DNA of 64,000 nucleotides from an uncultured Planctomycetota bacterium (lineage in GTDB: Bacteria; Planctomycetota; Planctomycetia; Isosphaerales; Isosphaeraceae): contig CAWJTV010000013.1 in the NCBI GenBank assembly GCA_963845755.1, forward strand, positions 256,001-320,000, in the 5' to 3' direction. Position numbers and translations under genes: made by a program. Each line of letters begins with the position of its first letter. Within the stretch, counting starts at the first letter, position 1. A model generated the notes under the pieces. The model did not search any database. It had not been told where the DNA came from and was given only the letters and a program-made list of their open reading frames with translations. Positions 42,376 through 53,474 of this stretch are shown one piece after another.

Positions 42376-44523
42376 ATGTGGAAGCGTGACAATAGCCGCC
42401 ACAACACGGTCAAGCCATGGATTCCCAGGTCCTCGGTCCGATCCTCCCGACAGGAGAGGGGGCGCCGGCTGCGAGTCGAGCTCCTGGAGCCGAGGTTAGC
42501 GTTGAGCACATACTATGTCTCTACGACCGGGAACGACGACAACGACGGCTCGAAGTCCAGCCCCTTCGCGACCATGCAGCACGCCATGATTGCGCTTGAG
42601 CCGGGTGACACATTAGATGTCGAGTCCGGTTCCTATCCGGGCTTCATCGCCGGTTGGGATTCCACCCCGGCCAGTTCGGGAGATCCCTACGGCTACATCG
42701 ACGGTACGGCCGGCAACCCGATCACCATCCAGGCCGATCCCAGCGCACCCGCTGGCTCGGTCATCATCGACTCGAGCAACGATCAGACAGCCGTCGGCAT
42801 CGACCTGGAGCCCGGATGTAATTATATCAATTTGTCAGGCTTCACGATCGAGGACGGCGACGGCAGCATCACCCGGGCCGGGATGAAGGTGACCGGGAAC
42901 GATGATGGCATCCTCGGTAACACCGTTTCCGGAGTCGGCGGATTCGGCATTCTCGTCAACAACGCGAACAACGTGCTCATCCAGGGCAACACGGTTTCCG
43001 GCACGACCGGGAGCGGTGGTACGGGCCATGGGATGTACATCTCCGGCAGCACCAACGGTGCCGTGGTCGAAGACAACTATATTTATAATAATGATTATAT
43101 CGGAATTCACATCAACGGGGATGTGAGCGAGGGAGGTCTGGGGCTGGTCACTAATGCCCTCATCGAGGACAACGTGATCTATGGCAACGGCCAGAATGGC
43201 ATCAACGCCGACGGCCTTCAGAGCTCGGTCATACAGAACAACCTGATCTATGACTATCAGGACTTCGGCATCTGCCTCTTCAAGCTCGACGCCTCGGCCG
43301 GCAGCTCGAACAACGTCATCGTGAACAACACCATCGATGCCGGGACGACGGGCGGCGCTGCCGCGGTTCGCATCCTGGATGCGAGCACCGGCAACACCCT
43401 CCTCAACAACATCCTGCTCGGTGCCGGCGGGATCACGCTTCGCATCAGCAACGACAGTCTTAGCGGCCTGGTGAGCAACTACAATGTGGTCGGCTCCCTG
43501 GTCCAGTCGGAGGACACCGGCAACACCGAGTCCCTCGCCCAGTGGCAGAGCCAGACGGGACAGGATGCCAACTCGCTGATCGCCACAGAATCGCAGCTCT
43601 TCGTCAACCCATCCGCGGGCAACTACCAGGAGTTACCTACCAGCCCGTCGATCGGGGCCGGGACATCGACCGACGCCCCCTCGACCGATCTGGTCGGCAC
43701 GGCGCGCCCGCAGGCCCAGGGTTACGACATTGGCTGTTACGAATATATTCCTCCCGCGCTGGTCCCGACGGCCGTGAAGGACAATGGCCAGGCAGGCTAC
43801 TACCAATACGGCAAGTGGACGACCATGGCGGGGGGCTACGGGGGCACGTATGCGCTGGCCAACCCCAACACCTCCAGCACTGCCACCGCCTACTGGAATA
43901 TGACGGTCGCGGCCGGCACCTATAGCATCTGGGCCACCTGGGTCAACTCGTCAGCCGATGCGTCGAACGCCGCGTATACGATCTATCACGGATTCACGAG
44001 TCTGGGCACGGTCCAGGTCGATCAGCAGCAGGCGCCGGTGGAGGCCGGGTATGGTGGTGTGCTGTGGTCCCAACTCGGGACCTTTACCGTGACGAAGGGC
44101 ACGATCACCGTCATCTTGAGCGCCTCGGGTGCCAACGGTGACATTATCGCCGATGGGATGCTGTTGGCAGCTACCGGCACGGCCACGGTCGCACCGGGAC
44201 CGGTCGCTCCCGGACCGACAGGTACGCCCTCGTCGACGACAGAAGTTCCGCTCGGACCGCCCATGCCGGCACCCGGGCTTGACCAGGATCAGCAAAGCAG
44301 CTCCGGGACCCCGATTGTCGCGAGCGCCGGTGCTGTGGTTATCCGGCGCCGGCGGCACGATCGTGTCGCCCACCACGATCGCGGACGACATCGCCATCGG
44401 AGAAGCGAGCGGGCGGGCGAGATCCGTCACACTGCGACTCTGATCGATCGCGCGATCGACAAGGTCATCGTCGGACGGCGGCCGGGCCAGGCCCTCCTCG
44501 TCGACCCCCTCGAAGAGGGTTGA
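42376..44523 (+). CDS. Secreted right-handed beta-helix protein with planctomycete extracellular N-terminal motif and C-terminal beta-sandwich (xanthan-lyase CBD/Golvesin-like)
   Basis: RRLRVELLEPRLALS; YYVSTTGND..GS.SSPFAT; Asn-ladder repeats; RPQAQGYDIGCYE; GTYSIWATW...VDQQ..IIADG. Confidence 0.85.
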   Translation: MWKRDNSRHNTVKPWIPRSSVRSSRQERGRRLRVELLEPRLALSTYYVSTTGNDDNDGSKSSPFATMQHAMIALEPGDTLDVESGSYPGFIAGWDSTPASSGDPYGYIDGTAGNPITIQADPSAPAGSVIIDSSNDQTAVGIDLEPGCNYINLSGFTIEDGDGSITRAGMKVTGNDDGILGNTVSGVGGFGILVNNANNVLIQGNTVSGTTGSGGTGHGMYISGSTNGAVVEDNYIYNNDYIGIHINGDVSEGGLGLVTNALIEDNVIYGNGQNGINADGLQSSVIQNNLIYDYQDFGICLFKLDASAGSSNNVIVNNTIDAGTTGGAAAVRILDASTGNTLLNNILLGAGGITLRISNDSLSGLVSNYNVVGSLVQSEDTGNTESLAQWQSQTGQDANSLIATESQLFVNPSAGNYQELPTSPSIGAGTSTDAPSTDLVGTARPQAQGYDIGCYEYIPPALVPTAVKDNGQAGYYQYGKWTTMAGGYGGTYALANPNTSSTATAYWNMTVAAGTYSIWATWVNSSADASNAAYTIYHGFTSLGTVQVDQQQAPVEAGYGGVLWSQLGTFTVTKGTITVILSASGANGDIIADGMLLAATGTATVAPGPVAPGPTGTPSSTTEVPLGPPMPAPGLDQDQQSSSGTPIVASAGAVVIRRRRHDRVAHHDRGRHRHRRSERAGEIRHTATLIDRAIDKVIVGRRPGQALLVDPLEEG

Positions 44524-44731
44524 GCCGGTCGCAGGTTGATCGCTCGCCAGCGTGAGGCATGTTCAACTCGTCCTGGGGCACGGGGGTTGAATCCCACCCG
44601 GCCAGGATGTTCGAAAGGCGTCGCATCGCACCGACCCATCGACAGAGTTCATTCCGTACGATAGGATGATCGGCCGGATCCTTCACCGTGGAAGGCAGTA
44701 TCCCTCCCGATCTCTCTGCGAGGTGCCCGCC

Positions 44732-45478
44732 ATGCGATCGAAAGCTGTTCAGCGGTTGCTTTGCTTCCTCGCCCTGATCCTCGGAGGCGCCCCTCACGCG
44801 TTCGCCGGCAGCCTGACCTACTCACATAGTGCTTCCGCCCTGCCCGACGCACCCGGACCCGCGATCACCTTACTATCGATCACGGGCGAGAACGATGGGA
44901 CCAATTTCAACTTCACCTTGACGTTCGCCAATCCCACGATCGAGGGACCCTCTTCTGGTAACAACGACGCGGTCTTCGGGTTTATCAACCTCGACACGGA
45001 CAACAACTCCTCGACGGGCGTCACTGGTGCCTACCTGGACTCCAACGGCTATGAGCCGGGCTTCGGTCAGTATACGCCGAGCTCCTACGGAATCGACGCT
45101 TATATCAACCTGAGCAGCGAGGGGAACCCTCTTCACGGCGTCCCGGGGCTCGTCGATGTTGTCTCGACCAACGGCTTTGCTCCCATCGCCACAGTTCCGG
45201 TGACTTATACCAATCAAGCGGGATCGACTCCGTCCACGCTGACCCTATCCATCCCTCTTTCGGTTTTCTCGAGTAACGGCATTACGCTCCTGGACACCGG
45301 GAACTTCTCGGTAGTCGTGGGCAACGCCAATAATGCGACAGATTTCCTTCCTTCGAGCGACGCCGTTCCCGAGCCGAGTTCTGTGATCCTCCTGATGTTT
45401 GGGGTGTCGCTGAGCCTACTGTCCTCGGGACGTAGGAATCGGGCCGTCGCGGCGAGACCCAGCGTTCCGCTCAGGTAG
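44732..45478 (+). CDS. PEP-CTERM sorting-domain protein
   Basis: Signal peptide (..PHAFA); C-terminal VPEPSS + TM helix + RRNR. Confidence 0.9.
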   Translation: MRSKAVQRLLCFLALILGGAPHAFAGSLTYSHSASALPDAPGPAITLLSITGENDGTNFNFTLTFANPTIEGPSSGNNDAVFGFINLDTDNNSSTGVTGAYLDSNGYEPGFGQYTPSSYGIDAYINLSSEGNPLHGVPGLVDVVSTNGFAPIATVPVTYTNQAGSTPSTLTLSIPLSVFSSNGITLLDTGNFSVVVGNANNATDFLPSSDAVPEPSSVILLMFGVSLSLLSSGRRNRAVAARPSVPLR

Positions 45479-45681
45479 GGGGATTCTCGTCAGGAGATGG
45501 CCGGTTGGCGTTGAGGACGGATTGTATCGAGGCGGAGCCACGTTACGGCTTCGAGCCGCTTCCTGACGGGGAGGAGCAACCGTCTTGGCGGCAATTGCAG
45601 TCGATTGGCGAGCCGTCCTGGGAGATCCGCCGCTCTCCTCGAGGACTCCGAAGAAGCTCAGGAGGCGGTCCAGGCTGATCC

Positions 45682-46836
45682 ATGAATGTCGCTCATCTCG
45701 TCCTGTCACTCGACGTTGGTGGCCTGGAACGCAATGTGATCAACCAGGTGCGCGAAGGCCAGGCTCTCGGGCAGTCCGTCTCGGTCATTTGCCTCGAGAA
45801 GCCCGGAGTCCTGGCGGAGCAGGTTGATGCTTGGGGAGGCCGGTTAATCAGCCTGGACAAACCTCCCGGCATTCATCTCTCTGCATTACAGCGGCTCAGG
45901 GCCATCCTCCAGGAACTCGAACCGGACATTATCCACACGCACCAGATCGGCACGCTTTTCTACGCCGGGCCCGCGGTTGCCAGCCTGGGGAGATCGCGGA
46001 TAGGTGTGGTTCACACCGAGCACGGCCGGGAACCCTACGCGAAATCCGCACGGCGGCGCTGGTTGGGACGGTTAGCCGGCCTATACGCCCAGCGCTTCTT
46101 TTGCCTGACTCACGACATGGCCGCTGAGTTAGTCACCAATCGAATCGTGCCGAAGCGGAAGGTCCAGGTCATCGACAACGGTATCGACATCGATCGATTG
46201 GGCGATCGAGGCGACCCGGTCTCCCTGCGCCGTTCTCTGGGGATACCTCACGATTCGATGGTGATTGGGAGTGTCGGTCGTCTCGTCGAAATCAAGCGAC
46301 ACGATGTGCTCATTCGCGCCTTCGGGGAACTGCGGCGTGAGATCCCCAGCGCTCATCTGGTCATCGTGGGAGATGGGCCCTGCAGAGACGAACTCCTCAG
46401 CTTAGTCGGCCAACTCGATCTAGGGCCGAGCGTCCATCTCGTCGGTTATCAGCCCCAAGCCTGGAAGTTCCTGTACATCTTGGACTGTTTCGCCCTGTCG
46501 AGTCGCTCGGAGGGGATGCCTCAGGCGGTCCTTGAGGCCGCCATCGCCGGGCTGCCGATCGTCGCGACCAGCGTCGGTGGCTTGCCCGAAGTCATCGAGC
46601 ATGGTCGGACGGGGATCCTTGTGGAACCGTGCGAACCGGAGGCCATGACCCAGGCCATCTTGTCAATTCTGCGAGACCCTGACACCGCACGCGCGATGGG
46701 CCGGGCGGTGCGAGAGCGAGTCGAGTCGAGGTTTCACGTTCGCCGGATGGCTCGAGTCTACCATCACCATTTCATTGAGATTCTGGGTTCTGATCGTCCA
46801 GCCGATCGACCCGTCTCGAACGAGTCTCCCCTATGA
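45682..46836 (+). CDS. GT4 glycosyltransferase
   Basis: GGLER, HTEHG, NGID, VGRL..IKRH, SRSEGMPQAVLEA. Confidence 0.93.
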   Translation: MNVAHLVLSLDVGGLERNVINQVREGQALGQSVSVICLEKPGVLAEQVDAWGGRLISLDKPPGIHLSALQRLRAILQELEPDIIHTHQIGTLFYAGPAVASLGRSRIGVVHTEHGREPYAKSARRRWLGRLAGLYAQRFFCLTHDMAAELVTNRIVPKRKVQVIDNGIDIDRLGDRGDPVSLRRSLGIPHDSMVIGSVGRLVEIKRHDVLIRAFGELRREIPSAHLVIVGDGPCRDELLSLVGQLDLGPSVHLVGYQPQAWKFLYILDCFALSSRSEGMPQAVLEAAIAGLPIVATSVGGLPEVIEHGRTGILVEPCEPEAMTQAILSILRDPDTARAMGRAVRERVESRFHVRRMARVYHHHFIEILGSDRPADRPVSNESPL

Positions 46837-48051
46837 AGCTACTCTTTATTTCCACCGTATTTCCGAATGCAATCGACGCATCGCGCAGGCTGTTTCAACG
46901 ACTCGCTCGTCAAGGCCCTGGCGAAGGAGCACCGGGTCGATGTCGTCTCCCCGGTCCCCTGGGTGGACCTCGTTAAGGGCCTTCGAGAAGGGATCTGTCT
47001 CCCCCTGTACCGGCCCATCGCGAATCCCGCGGGCTTCGGCGTCCGTTATGTGCCCTTCCTCTACACGCCAAAAACCCTGCGCCGTTGGTACGGCGACTTC
47101 TACTGGACCTCGATCGCTGGGACGGTTCGGTCCGTGATCCGCACGTGTCGGCCGGAATTGATCATCGCCTACTGGGCGCATCCGGACGGCGAGGCCGCGG
47201 TCAGGATCGGTCGCTTGGCCGGGGCGCCGTCGTGTGTGATCATCGGCGGATCGGACGTCCTGCTCTTGACCCGCAAGCCGAGCCGGCGACGCAGGGTCCG
47301 GAAGGTGTTGGAAACCACGGACGCGGTCATCACGGTGAACGAAGACCTCAAGGACGCCGTCGTGAGTCTGGGGATCCGCCCCGACAAGGTCCATGTCTGG
47401 AGCCAGGGGATCGACATGGGACAGTTTCACCCGGGAAACAAACAGCTTGCGCGGCGCCAGATCGGGATCCCGATCCCAGGCCGTGTCATCGTCTGGGTGG
47501 GACTGATGGTTGCTGTCAAGGGGCTCGATATCCTCCTTGAATCGTGCGAGAATCTGCGGGCCCGTGGCGTTGACTATCACCTCTACCTCGTCGGATATGG
47601 GCCATTGTGTAAGGAGTTGATGGCCCGATCCGAGGCCCGCGGGCTGTCCACATATGTCACGTTCGTTGGCCCCAAAACTCACGACGAACTGCCCGATTGG
47701 TACCGTGCGGCCGACTTGACCGTGTTGCCGAGTCGGTCCGAAGGGTTGCCGAACGTCCTCAGGGAGTCGCTGGCTTGCGGCACCCCATTTGTTGCCTCCG
47801 ATGTCGGGGGAATCCGCGAGATCGCCGATCGAAGTTCCAGCCTGCTCGTCTCGAGCGAGGACCCCGCCTCGCTGGCCGATGCGATCGCACAAGGCTTGGA
47901 CCGTTGGGATGGGGATAGATCGCTCGCCCGGCCGATGATCAAGAGCTGGGAGGAGTCCGCGAGTACCCTGGTCAACATCATGAAACCCTATGTCGGTTCC
48001 CGCGCTCTCGGCGATTGCTGTCACGTCGCCCATCCCGCGGCCGTTCAATGA
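46833..48051 (+). CDS. GT4 glycosyltransferase, TuaC-like (5' frameshift; MKLLFISTVFPN start)
   Basis: AYWAHPDG, GSDV, PSRSEGLPNVLRES. Confidence 0.9.
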
Positions 48052-48248
48052 ATGAGCGAATGGAACCCAAGAACTTCGATCAACGAGAGCAGGCCGCCTC
48101 TCCGGGTTCGTTTCCCTCTGCCGCGGGATACGGTCGCATCCGCGTCACAACGAAGATTCTGGATTGAGGCGGTTGCATCAACGGGCCTGAGATGACGGAC
48201 GGTCCGGTGCGCTTTCCCTGCGACGGTTTCCCATGGCTGAGGCTCGCG

Positions 48249-49364
48249 ATGTCGCAGGACGCTCCCGGTACCACCCAATCAGGCGCGACGAGAGGAGCTG
48301 GTGAATTGAACTCTTCAGCTCAACATTCCTTACTCGCGAGGGACGGAAGGCTTACGGAACACCGTGGTCGTGATGTCCGAGATCGCGGTGCATTGAATGT
48401 ATTCATAACAATCGACACCGAGTTCTCGCCCCTGTTCCCCGACGGTCGCCAGCGCGGATTCGAGCAAGAAATGGCGCGCGAAATCGATGGGGTTACGGCG
48501 GACGGCAGGTTCGGCCTGTCGTATCAGTTGGACGTACTCGACAGGTACGGCCTGAGGGCGGTCTTCTTCGTCGAGTCCCTATTCGCTTCGGTTGTCGGCC
48601 TCGATCCGCTGCGCCGAATCGTCGGGTTGATCCAGGATCGAGGCCATGAGGTTCAGCTCCATTTGCACCCCGAATGGGTCTCGTGGATGTCTTCCCCAAT
48701 CCTCACGGTCGGGGACCGCCATTACCTCCGGGACTACAGTGAAGACGAGCAGACATTGCTCATCGCTCACGGCCTCGAGAACCTCCGCGCCTGCGGAGTT
48801 CGCGTCCCGTGCGCCTTCCGCGCCGGAAAATATGGCGCGAATTTCGATACCCTCGGCGCGCTCGCCCGAAATGGGATCCCCTACGACTCGAGTCATAATA
48901 CCTGCTATTTGGGTTATTCTTGTGATATGGATACCGGAGGATTTTTATTGCAACCCAGGGTAATCAAGGGGATCTATGAGTTCCCGATCACCTTCTTCCG
49001 CGACTGGCCCGGGCACTACCGGCACCTGCAGCTCTGCGCCTGCTCCATTCACGAGCTGAACAACGCACTGATGATGGCATGGAATATGAATTGGTATTCG
49101 GTCGTAATCGTCTCGCACAGCTTCGAGCTGATCAAACATCGGAAGCAAACCAGGAAGGCCGCCTCGGTCAACCGGATCCTGGTCCGGCGCTTCGATCGAC
49201 TCTGCCGTTTCCTCGCCGGCAATCGGGATCGGTTCCAGACGGCGGTGTTCTCGGAAATCTCGACGGAATCGATCCCCAGGACGGAATTCTCCCAGCCGCT
49301 CCACTCGGGTCTGCACTACACGATCCATCGATATTACGAGCAGGCACTCCGGAGAATCATGTGA
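48249..49364 (+). CDS. Polysaccharide deacetylase family protein (start uncertain)
   Basis: VFITIDTE, AVFFVE, GHEVQLHLHP, AFRAG, YDSS, SHSFE. Confidence 0.82.
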   Translation: MSQDAPGTTQSGATRGAGELNSSAQHSLLARDGRLTEHRGRDVRDRGALNVFITIDTEFSPLFPDGRQRGFEQEMAREIDGVTADGRFGLSYQLDVLDRYGLRAVFFVESLFASVVGLDPLRRIVGLIQDRGHEVQLHLHPEWVSWMSSPILTVGDRHYLRDYSEDEQTLLIAHGLENLRACGVRVPCAFRAGKYGANFDTLGALARNGIPYDSSHNTCYLGYSCDMDTGGFLLQPRVIKGIYEFPITFFRDWPGHYRHLQLCACSIHELNNALMMAWNMNWYSVVIVSHSFELIKHRKQTRKAASVNRILVRRFDRLCRFLAGNRDRFQTAVFSEISTESIPRTEFSQPLHSGLHYTIHRYYEQALRRIM

Positions 49365-49513
49365 TAGAATTGTGGGCATTTATTCATATGGCGAGTGTGG
49401 CCTGATTCGTGGGGATTCGCGGTCCAGGGGCGGCTCGCCTACCGAAGCCACTACCCCGGGGTTCGGCGATCACTCGGTTAACCGGAGGCGGCATATCTCG
49501 TGCCGGATTCTCG

Positions 49514-50590
49514 ATGAGGCTCGTCGCCGTCGTCGGCGCGCGTCCCAATTTCATGAAGATCGCCCCCTTGTTATGGGAGATCCACCGTCGCCCGAACATC
49601 AGCGCTTACTTGGTCCACACGGGGCAGCACTATGATCGGGAAATGTTGACGCTCTTTTTCGACCAGTTGCACATACCACGCCCGGACATCAATCTGGAAG
49701 TGGGATCGGGCTCTCATGCATTCCAGACCGCGGAAGTGATGAAGCGGTTCGAGCCGATCGTCAAGGAACAGTCCCCGGATGCGGTCGTCGTCGTCGGGGA
49801 CGTGAACTCGACTTTGGCTTGCGCCCTGACGTCTGTCAAACTCGGCATACCGGTGGCCCACGTGGAGTCGGGACTACGCAGCTTCGACCGGTCCATGCCC
49901 GAGGAGATCAACCGCGTCTTGACCGACGCGATCAGCCGATGGTTGTTCGTGACCGAACGAAGCGGCCAGATCAACCTGAAGAACGAGGGGATCCCCGATG
50001 AGCGGATCTTCTTCGTCGGCAACGTCATGATCGATACGCTCCTGGCCTGCCGGGAACGCAGTGACGAGTCCCCGATATTGGAGCGGCTGGGTTTGTCGGG
50101 AGGGGGTTATGCCGTCCTGACGCTGCACCGGCCATCGAATGTGGATGATCCTCTCGTGCTCGACGGCTTGTTGACCGCCGTCGAACGACTCCAACGGGAG
50201 GTACCGGTTGTCTTCCCCGTCCACCCGCGGACCCGGAAGGCCCTGGGCAGCCTGGTCGGAAAACCGATGCCCCGGCTCCTGTTGATCGACCCATTAGGAT
50301 ATCTCGACTTCGTTAAACTTGTGGCACATTCTCGTCTGGTCTTGACCGACTCCGGGGGCCTCCAAGAAGAGACCACCGTATTGGGGGTCCCGTGCCTGAC
50401 GCTGCGGACCACGACCGAGCGGCCGGCGACGGTGGAGCAGGGGACGAACGTGCTCGTGGGACTGGACCCGGCCGCGATCATTTCTTGTGGAATCCGTGCA
50501 CTGACAACCGCACCCAAGCCGGACCGGCTCCCGGAATTCTGGGACGGCCGCGCGGCTGAGCGGATCATCGATATCCTGGCTCCTCGATGA
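49514..50590 (+). CDS. wecB: UDP-N-acetylglucosamine 2-epimerase (non-hydrolysing)
   Basis: VVGARPNFMKIAP, HTGQHYD, HVESGLRS, MPEEINR, TDSGGLQEE. Confidence 0.96.
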   Translation: MRLVAVVGARPNFMKIAPLLWEIHRRPNISAYLVHTGQHYDREMLTLFFDQLHIPRPDINLEVGSGSHAFQTAEVMKRFEPIVKEQSPDAVVVVGDVNSTLACALTSVKLGIPVAHVESGLRSFDRSMPEEINRVLTDAISRWLFVTERSGQINLKNEGIPDERIFFVGNVMIDTLLACRERSDESPILERLGLSGGGYAVLTLHRPSNVDDPLVLDGLLTAVERLQREVPVVFPVHPRTRKALGSLVGKPMPRLLLIDPLGYLDFVKLVAHSRLVLTDSGGLQEETTVLGVPCLTLRTTTERPATVEQGTNVLVGLDPAAIISCGIRALTTAPKPDRLPEFWDGRAAERIIDILAPR

Positions 50591-50833
50591 ATCCACGATC
50601 TGGAGCGCGCATTCGGGCCGCCGCCGGCGGCGAGCTCTTGCCGATGATCGGCTTCCCCTCATCACGACTGATACGGTCGCCCCGAGCTCATCGCAGCGCC
50701 GACCTGGCGCATCGGTCCTCATTGCGTCGGTCAGACAAGTCGCCGATCGGTTTTTCGTCCTGCGGCGTCATCCATCACAACCTGCCCAATGGTAACCTGC
50801 GCCTCAACCTTCACATCGAGAGAGCAACCCGGA

Positions 50834-52018
50834 ATGCAACAGACGATCCTCTACTTTGGGAACGATTGGTCGGCCGATAATCGGACCTCCAGCCACCATA
50901 TCGCGCGTTGGCTGGCGCGACGCCATCGGGTCTATTATGTCGAATGTCCGGGCTTGCGGGCCCCGAAGCGGTCCGGGCGGGATGCGAGGAAGGTGTGGTC
51001 GAAGCTGTGGCGGTTCCTGCGGGGGGTGAGGCCCACGCCGCAGGGGGTGATGGTCCGGACGCTGCTCCAGATCCCTCTCCACCGCTTCGCGGTCATGCGT
51101 TGGTTCAATCGTCTCTTGATCACGGTGACACTTCGCCACATGATGTGGCGGGAGAACATCCGCCAGCCCATCACCTGGTTCATGGTGCCCCATCTCTCCA
51201 ACGTCGTCGGGCGACTGGGAGAGCGATTGTCGGTCTACTACTGCATCGATGATTATGCGACGCTGCCCGACGTCGATCACGACGCAGTGCGCGCCATGGA
51301 CGAGGAGCTGACAAGCAAGGCCGACCTGGTTTTCGTCTCGGCCGAGAGCCTGCTGGAGCGGAAGCGGCCTCTCAACGAGCAGACCTATTTCAGCCCGCAT
51401 GGGGTCGATTTCGACCTGTTTTCCCGCGCCCAAGACGACCGAACGGTCGTGCCCGCCGACACGGTCGGGATCGGTCGGCCTGTTGTCGGTTTCTTCGGTC
51501 TGATCGAGCGCTGGATCGACCTGGAATTGATCGATTACCTGGCCGAGAAGCGTCCCGATTGGAGCTTCCTCATGATCGGCCGAGTGGCGGTACCCTCAGA
51601 CCAACTCCCCTCGCGGCCGAACATCCATTGGATCGGGCAACGGTCCTACGAGAGCCTTCCGGCCTACGGCAAGCAATTCGACGCCGCGATCATCCCGTTC
51701 CAGCTCACGCCGGTCATCCTTCACGCCAACCCGCTCAAGCTCCGCGAGTACCTGGCGATGGGCAAGCCGATCGTTTCGGTCAGGACGCCGGAGATCGAGA
51801 AATACGCCGACGTCGTCAAGATCTGCGACTCGCGCGAGGGATTCCTCGCCGGACTCGACACGGTGCTGGCTCGCCCGGACGGCGTCGAGGAGGTCGCGCG
51901 ACGAATGGAGCGGGTGCGGCCGGAAGGCTGGGATGCTCGTTTGCACGAAGTCTTCAGGGTCGTCGAGGGCCATAACGACGACCGCGCCCACCGAGCCGTG
52001 GCCGAATACGCAGTCTAA
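50834..52018 (+). CDS. Glycosyltransferase, GT-B fold (TuaH-like)
   Basis: YYCIDD, PHGVD, NPLKLREYLAMGKP. Confidence 0.88.
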   Translation: MQQTILYFGNDWSADNRTSSHHIARWLARRHRVYYVECPGLRAPKRSGRDARKVWSKLWRFLRGVRPTPQGVMVRTLLQIPLHRFAVMRWFNRLLITVTLRHMMWRENIRQPITWFMVPHLSNVVGRLGERLSVYYCIDDYATLPDVDHDAVRAMDEELTSKADLVFVSAESLLERKRPLNEQTYFSPHGVDFDLFSRAQDDRTVVPADTVGIGRPVVGFFGLIERWIDLELIDYLAEKRPDWSFLMIGRVAVPSDQLPSRPNIHWIGQRSYESLPAYGKQFDAAIIPFQLTPVILHANPLKLREYLAMGKPIVSVRTPEIEKYADVVKICDSREGFLAGLDTVLARPDGVEEVARRMERVRPEGWDARLHEVFRVVEGHNDDRAHRAVAEYAV

Positions 52019-52154
52019 GTCCAATACCGTACTCTAAACGTCCGCCGTCGCGCGACGGCCCATATCATGAATGTCGTTGTACATCTACAGGTGTTATGAA
52101 GTTGTTTCCTGCCTGTGCAGAAGGCCTTCACCATCACGAGCGAGCTGAGGTATC

Positions 52155-53172
52155 ATGACAAGCCAGGTTTTCCTCCGCAAAGCCGACGTCGCCAACCCGC
52201 TGAGCACCGTGCGCGAACTCCTGAATGAATGTCGCTTCAGGGAGCTGATCGCCGGTGGAGCACGAGTCGTCATCAAGCCCAACCTCTGCACGGAGCGACT
52301 CGAGCAGCTCCACACCGCCAACACCTCGATCGGGGTCTTGCGTGCGGTCTGCGAAGTGGTGCGGGAGCAAACCGCGCGGATCACGATCGTCGAGTCGGAC
52401 GGGGCGCCGCTACCCGGCCGAGGCAGCCTTCGAAAACAATGGGGTCTATGCTTTGGCCGAGGAGTTGGGCCTGAAGGTCGTGAACCTCTCCAAGGATGAG
52501 CTGGTCGAGATTCCCGACCCGCGGCTCAAGGGGTTCGGCATGGCGCGGACCTGGCTGGAGGCCGACGCATTCGTGACCCTCCCCGTGCTCAAGACCCACG
52601 CGACGACCGTATTTACCGGCTGCTTGAAGAACCAATGGGGCTGCATCCCCCGGTACGATCGCATCCTGCTACACAAGTACCTGCACGAGTTGATCGGCCA
52701 GATCAACGCAATCCGACCTGTCACCCTGGCCCTGATGGACGGCCTCGTCGGGATGCAGGGCCGTGGCCCGATCAACGGCTATCCGATCAACCTGGGTGTC
52801 CTTCTCGCCAGTCGAGACCCCGTCGCCCTGGACGCCACGGCCATGCGCCTCATCGGGCTGGAGCCGGCGACGAGCCGACACGTCGTCCATGCCGAGCGGA
52901 TCGGCCTTGGGTGCTACTGCGAGACACAGATTGCTGTGGACGGGCCGTTCGCCGAGCTGCGAACGACCGTCGAGCCCGCGGTCGAGGACTGGGCGATCAA
53001 GCTCATGAACCAGGTCGCTCGGTCTCCCTTCATCACCAAGCACTTGCTGCTCAACGACCACGTCTTCTATCCGGTTCGACGCGCGGTCGGGCTCTGCGCC
53101 ATCTCGCAGGCCGCCATCGCACTTTCAAGAATCCGGCCGCTTACGGAACACTACCCAAATAGGACATCATGA
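52155..53172 (+). CDS. DUF362 domain protein (frameshift at ~52405)
   Basis: VVIKPNL, IVESDG, LPVLKTH....TGCLKNQWG, MDGLVGMQGRGP, ASRDPVALD. Confidence 0.88.
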
Positions 53173-53474
53173 TCGGCTCGATTGGGGGCAGCGAAGTACC
53201 CGGCACTCAAGGGAGATTGCTCTTTTGCTAAGGTCTTCATCGACGTATTTTTGAGGCAGCTCGCCGGGGTGTCGAACCGATCGTCCGGCAATCCGCGACG
53301 TCCGTCGAATTATATCGAGATGCGCCGTCAAAGCGCGGGTCCTCCGAAGAATGGTCGGCGACGAGTGCCGTCCTGGCGACGATCTGCCGACGGGACTAAC
53401 ACCTTCGGGGGCGCCGAATTCCTCGGGAAACCTTCCGTGAACTTCCGGTACTCTCTCAGGCGCGAGTGGTTACC

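Noticed and set aside
44340..44523. Arg/His-rich C-terminal tail (RRRRHDRVAHHDRGRHRHRR) as a special motif
   Set aside because: Looks like a locally shifted frame; the alternative frame (SGAGGTIVSPTTIADDIAIG) matches the protein's composition.
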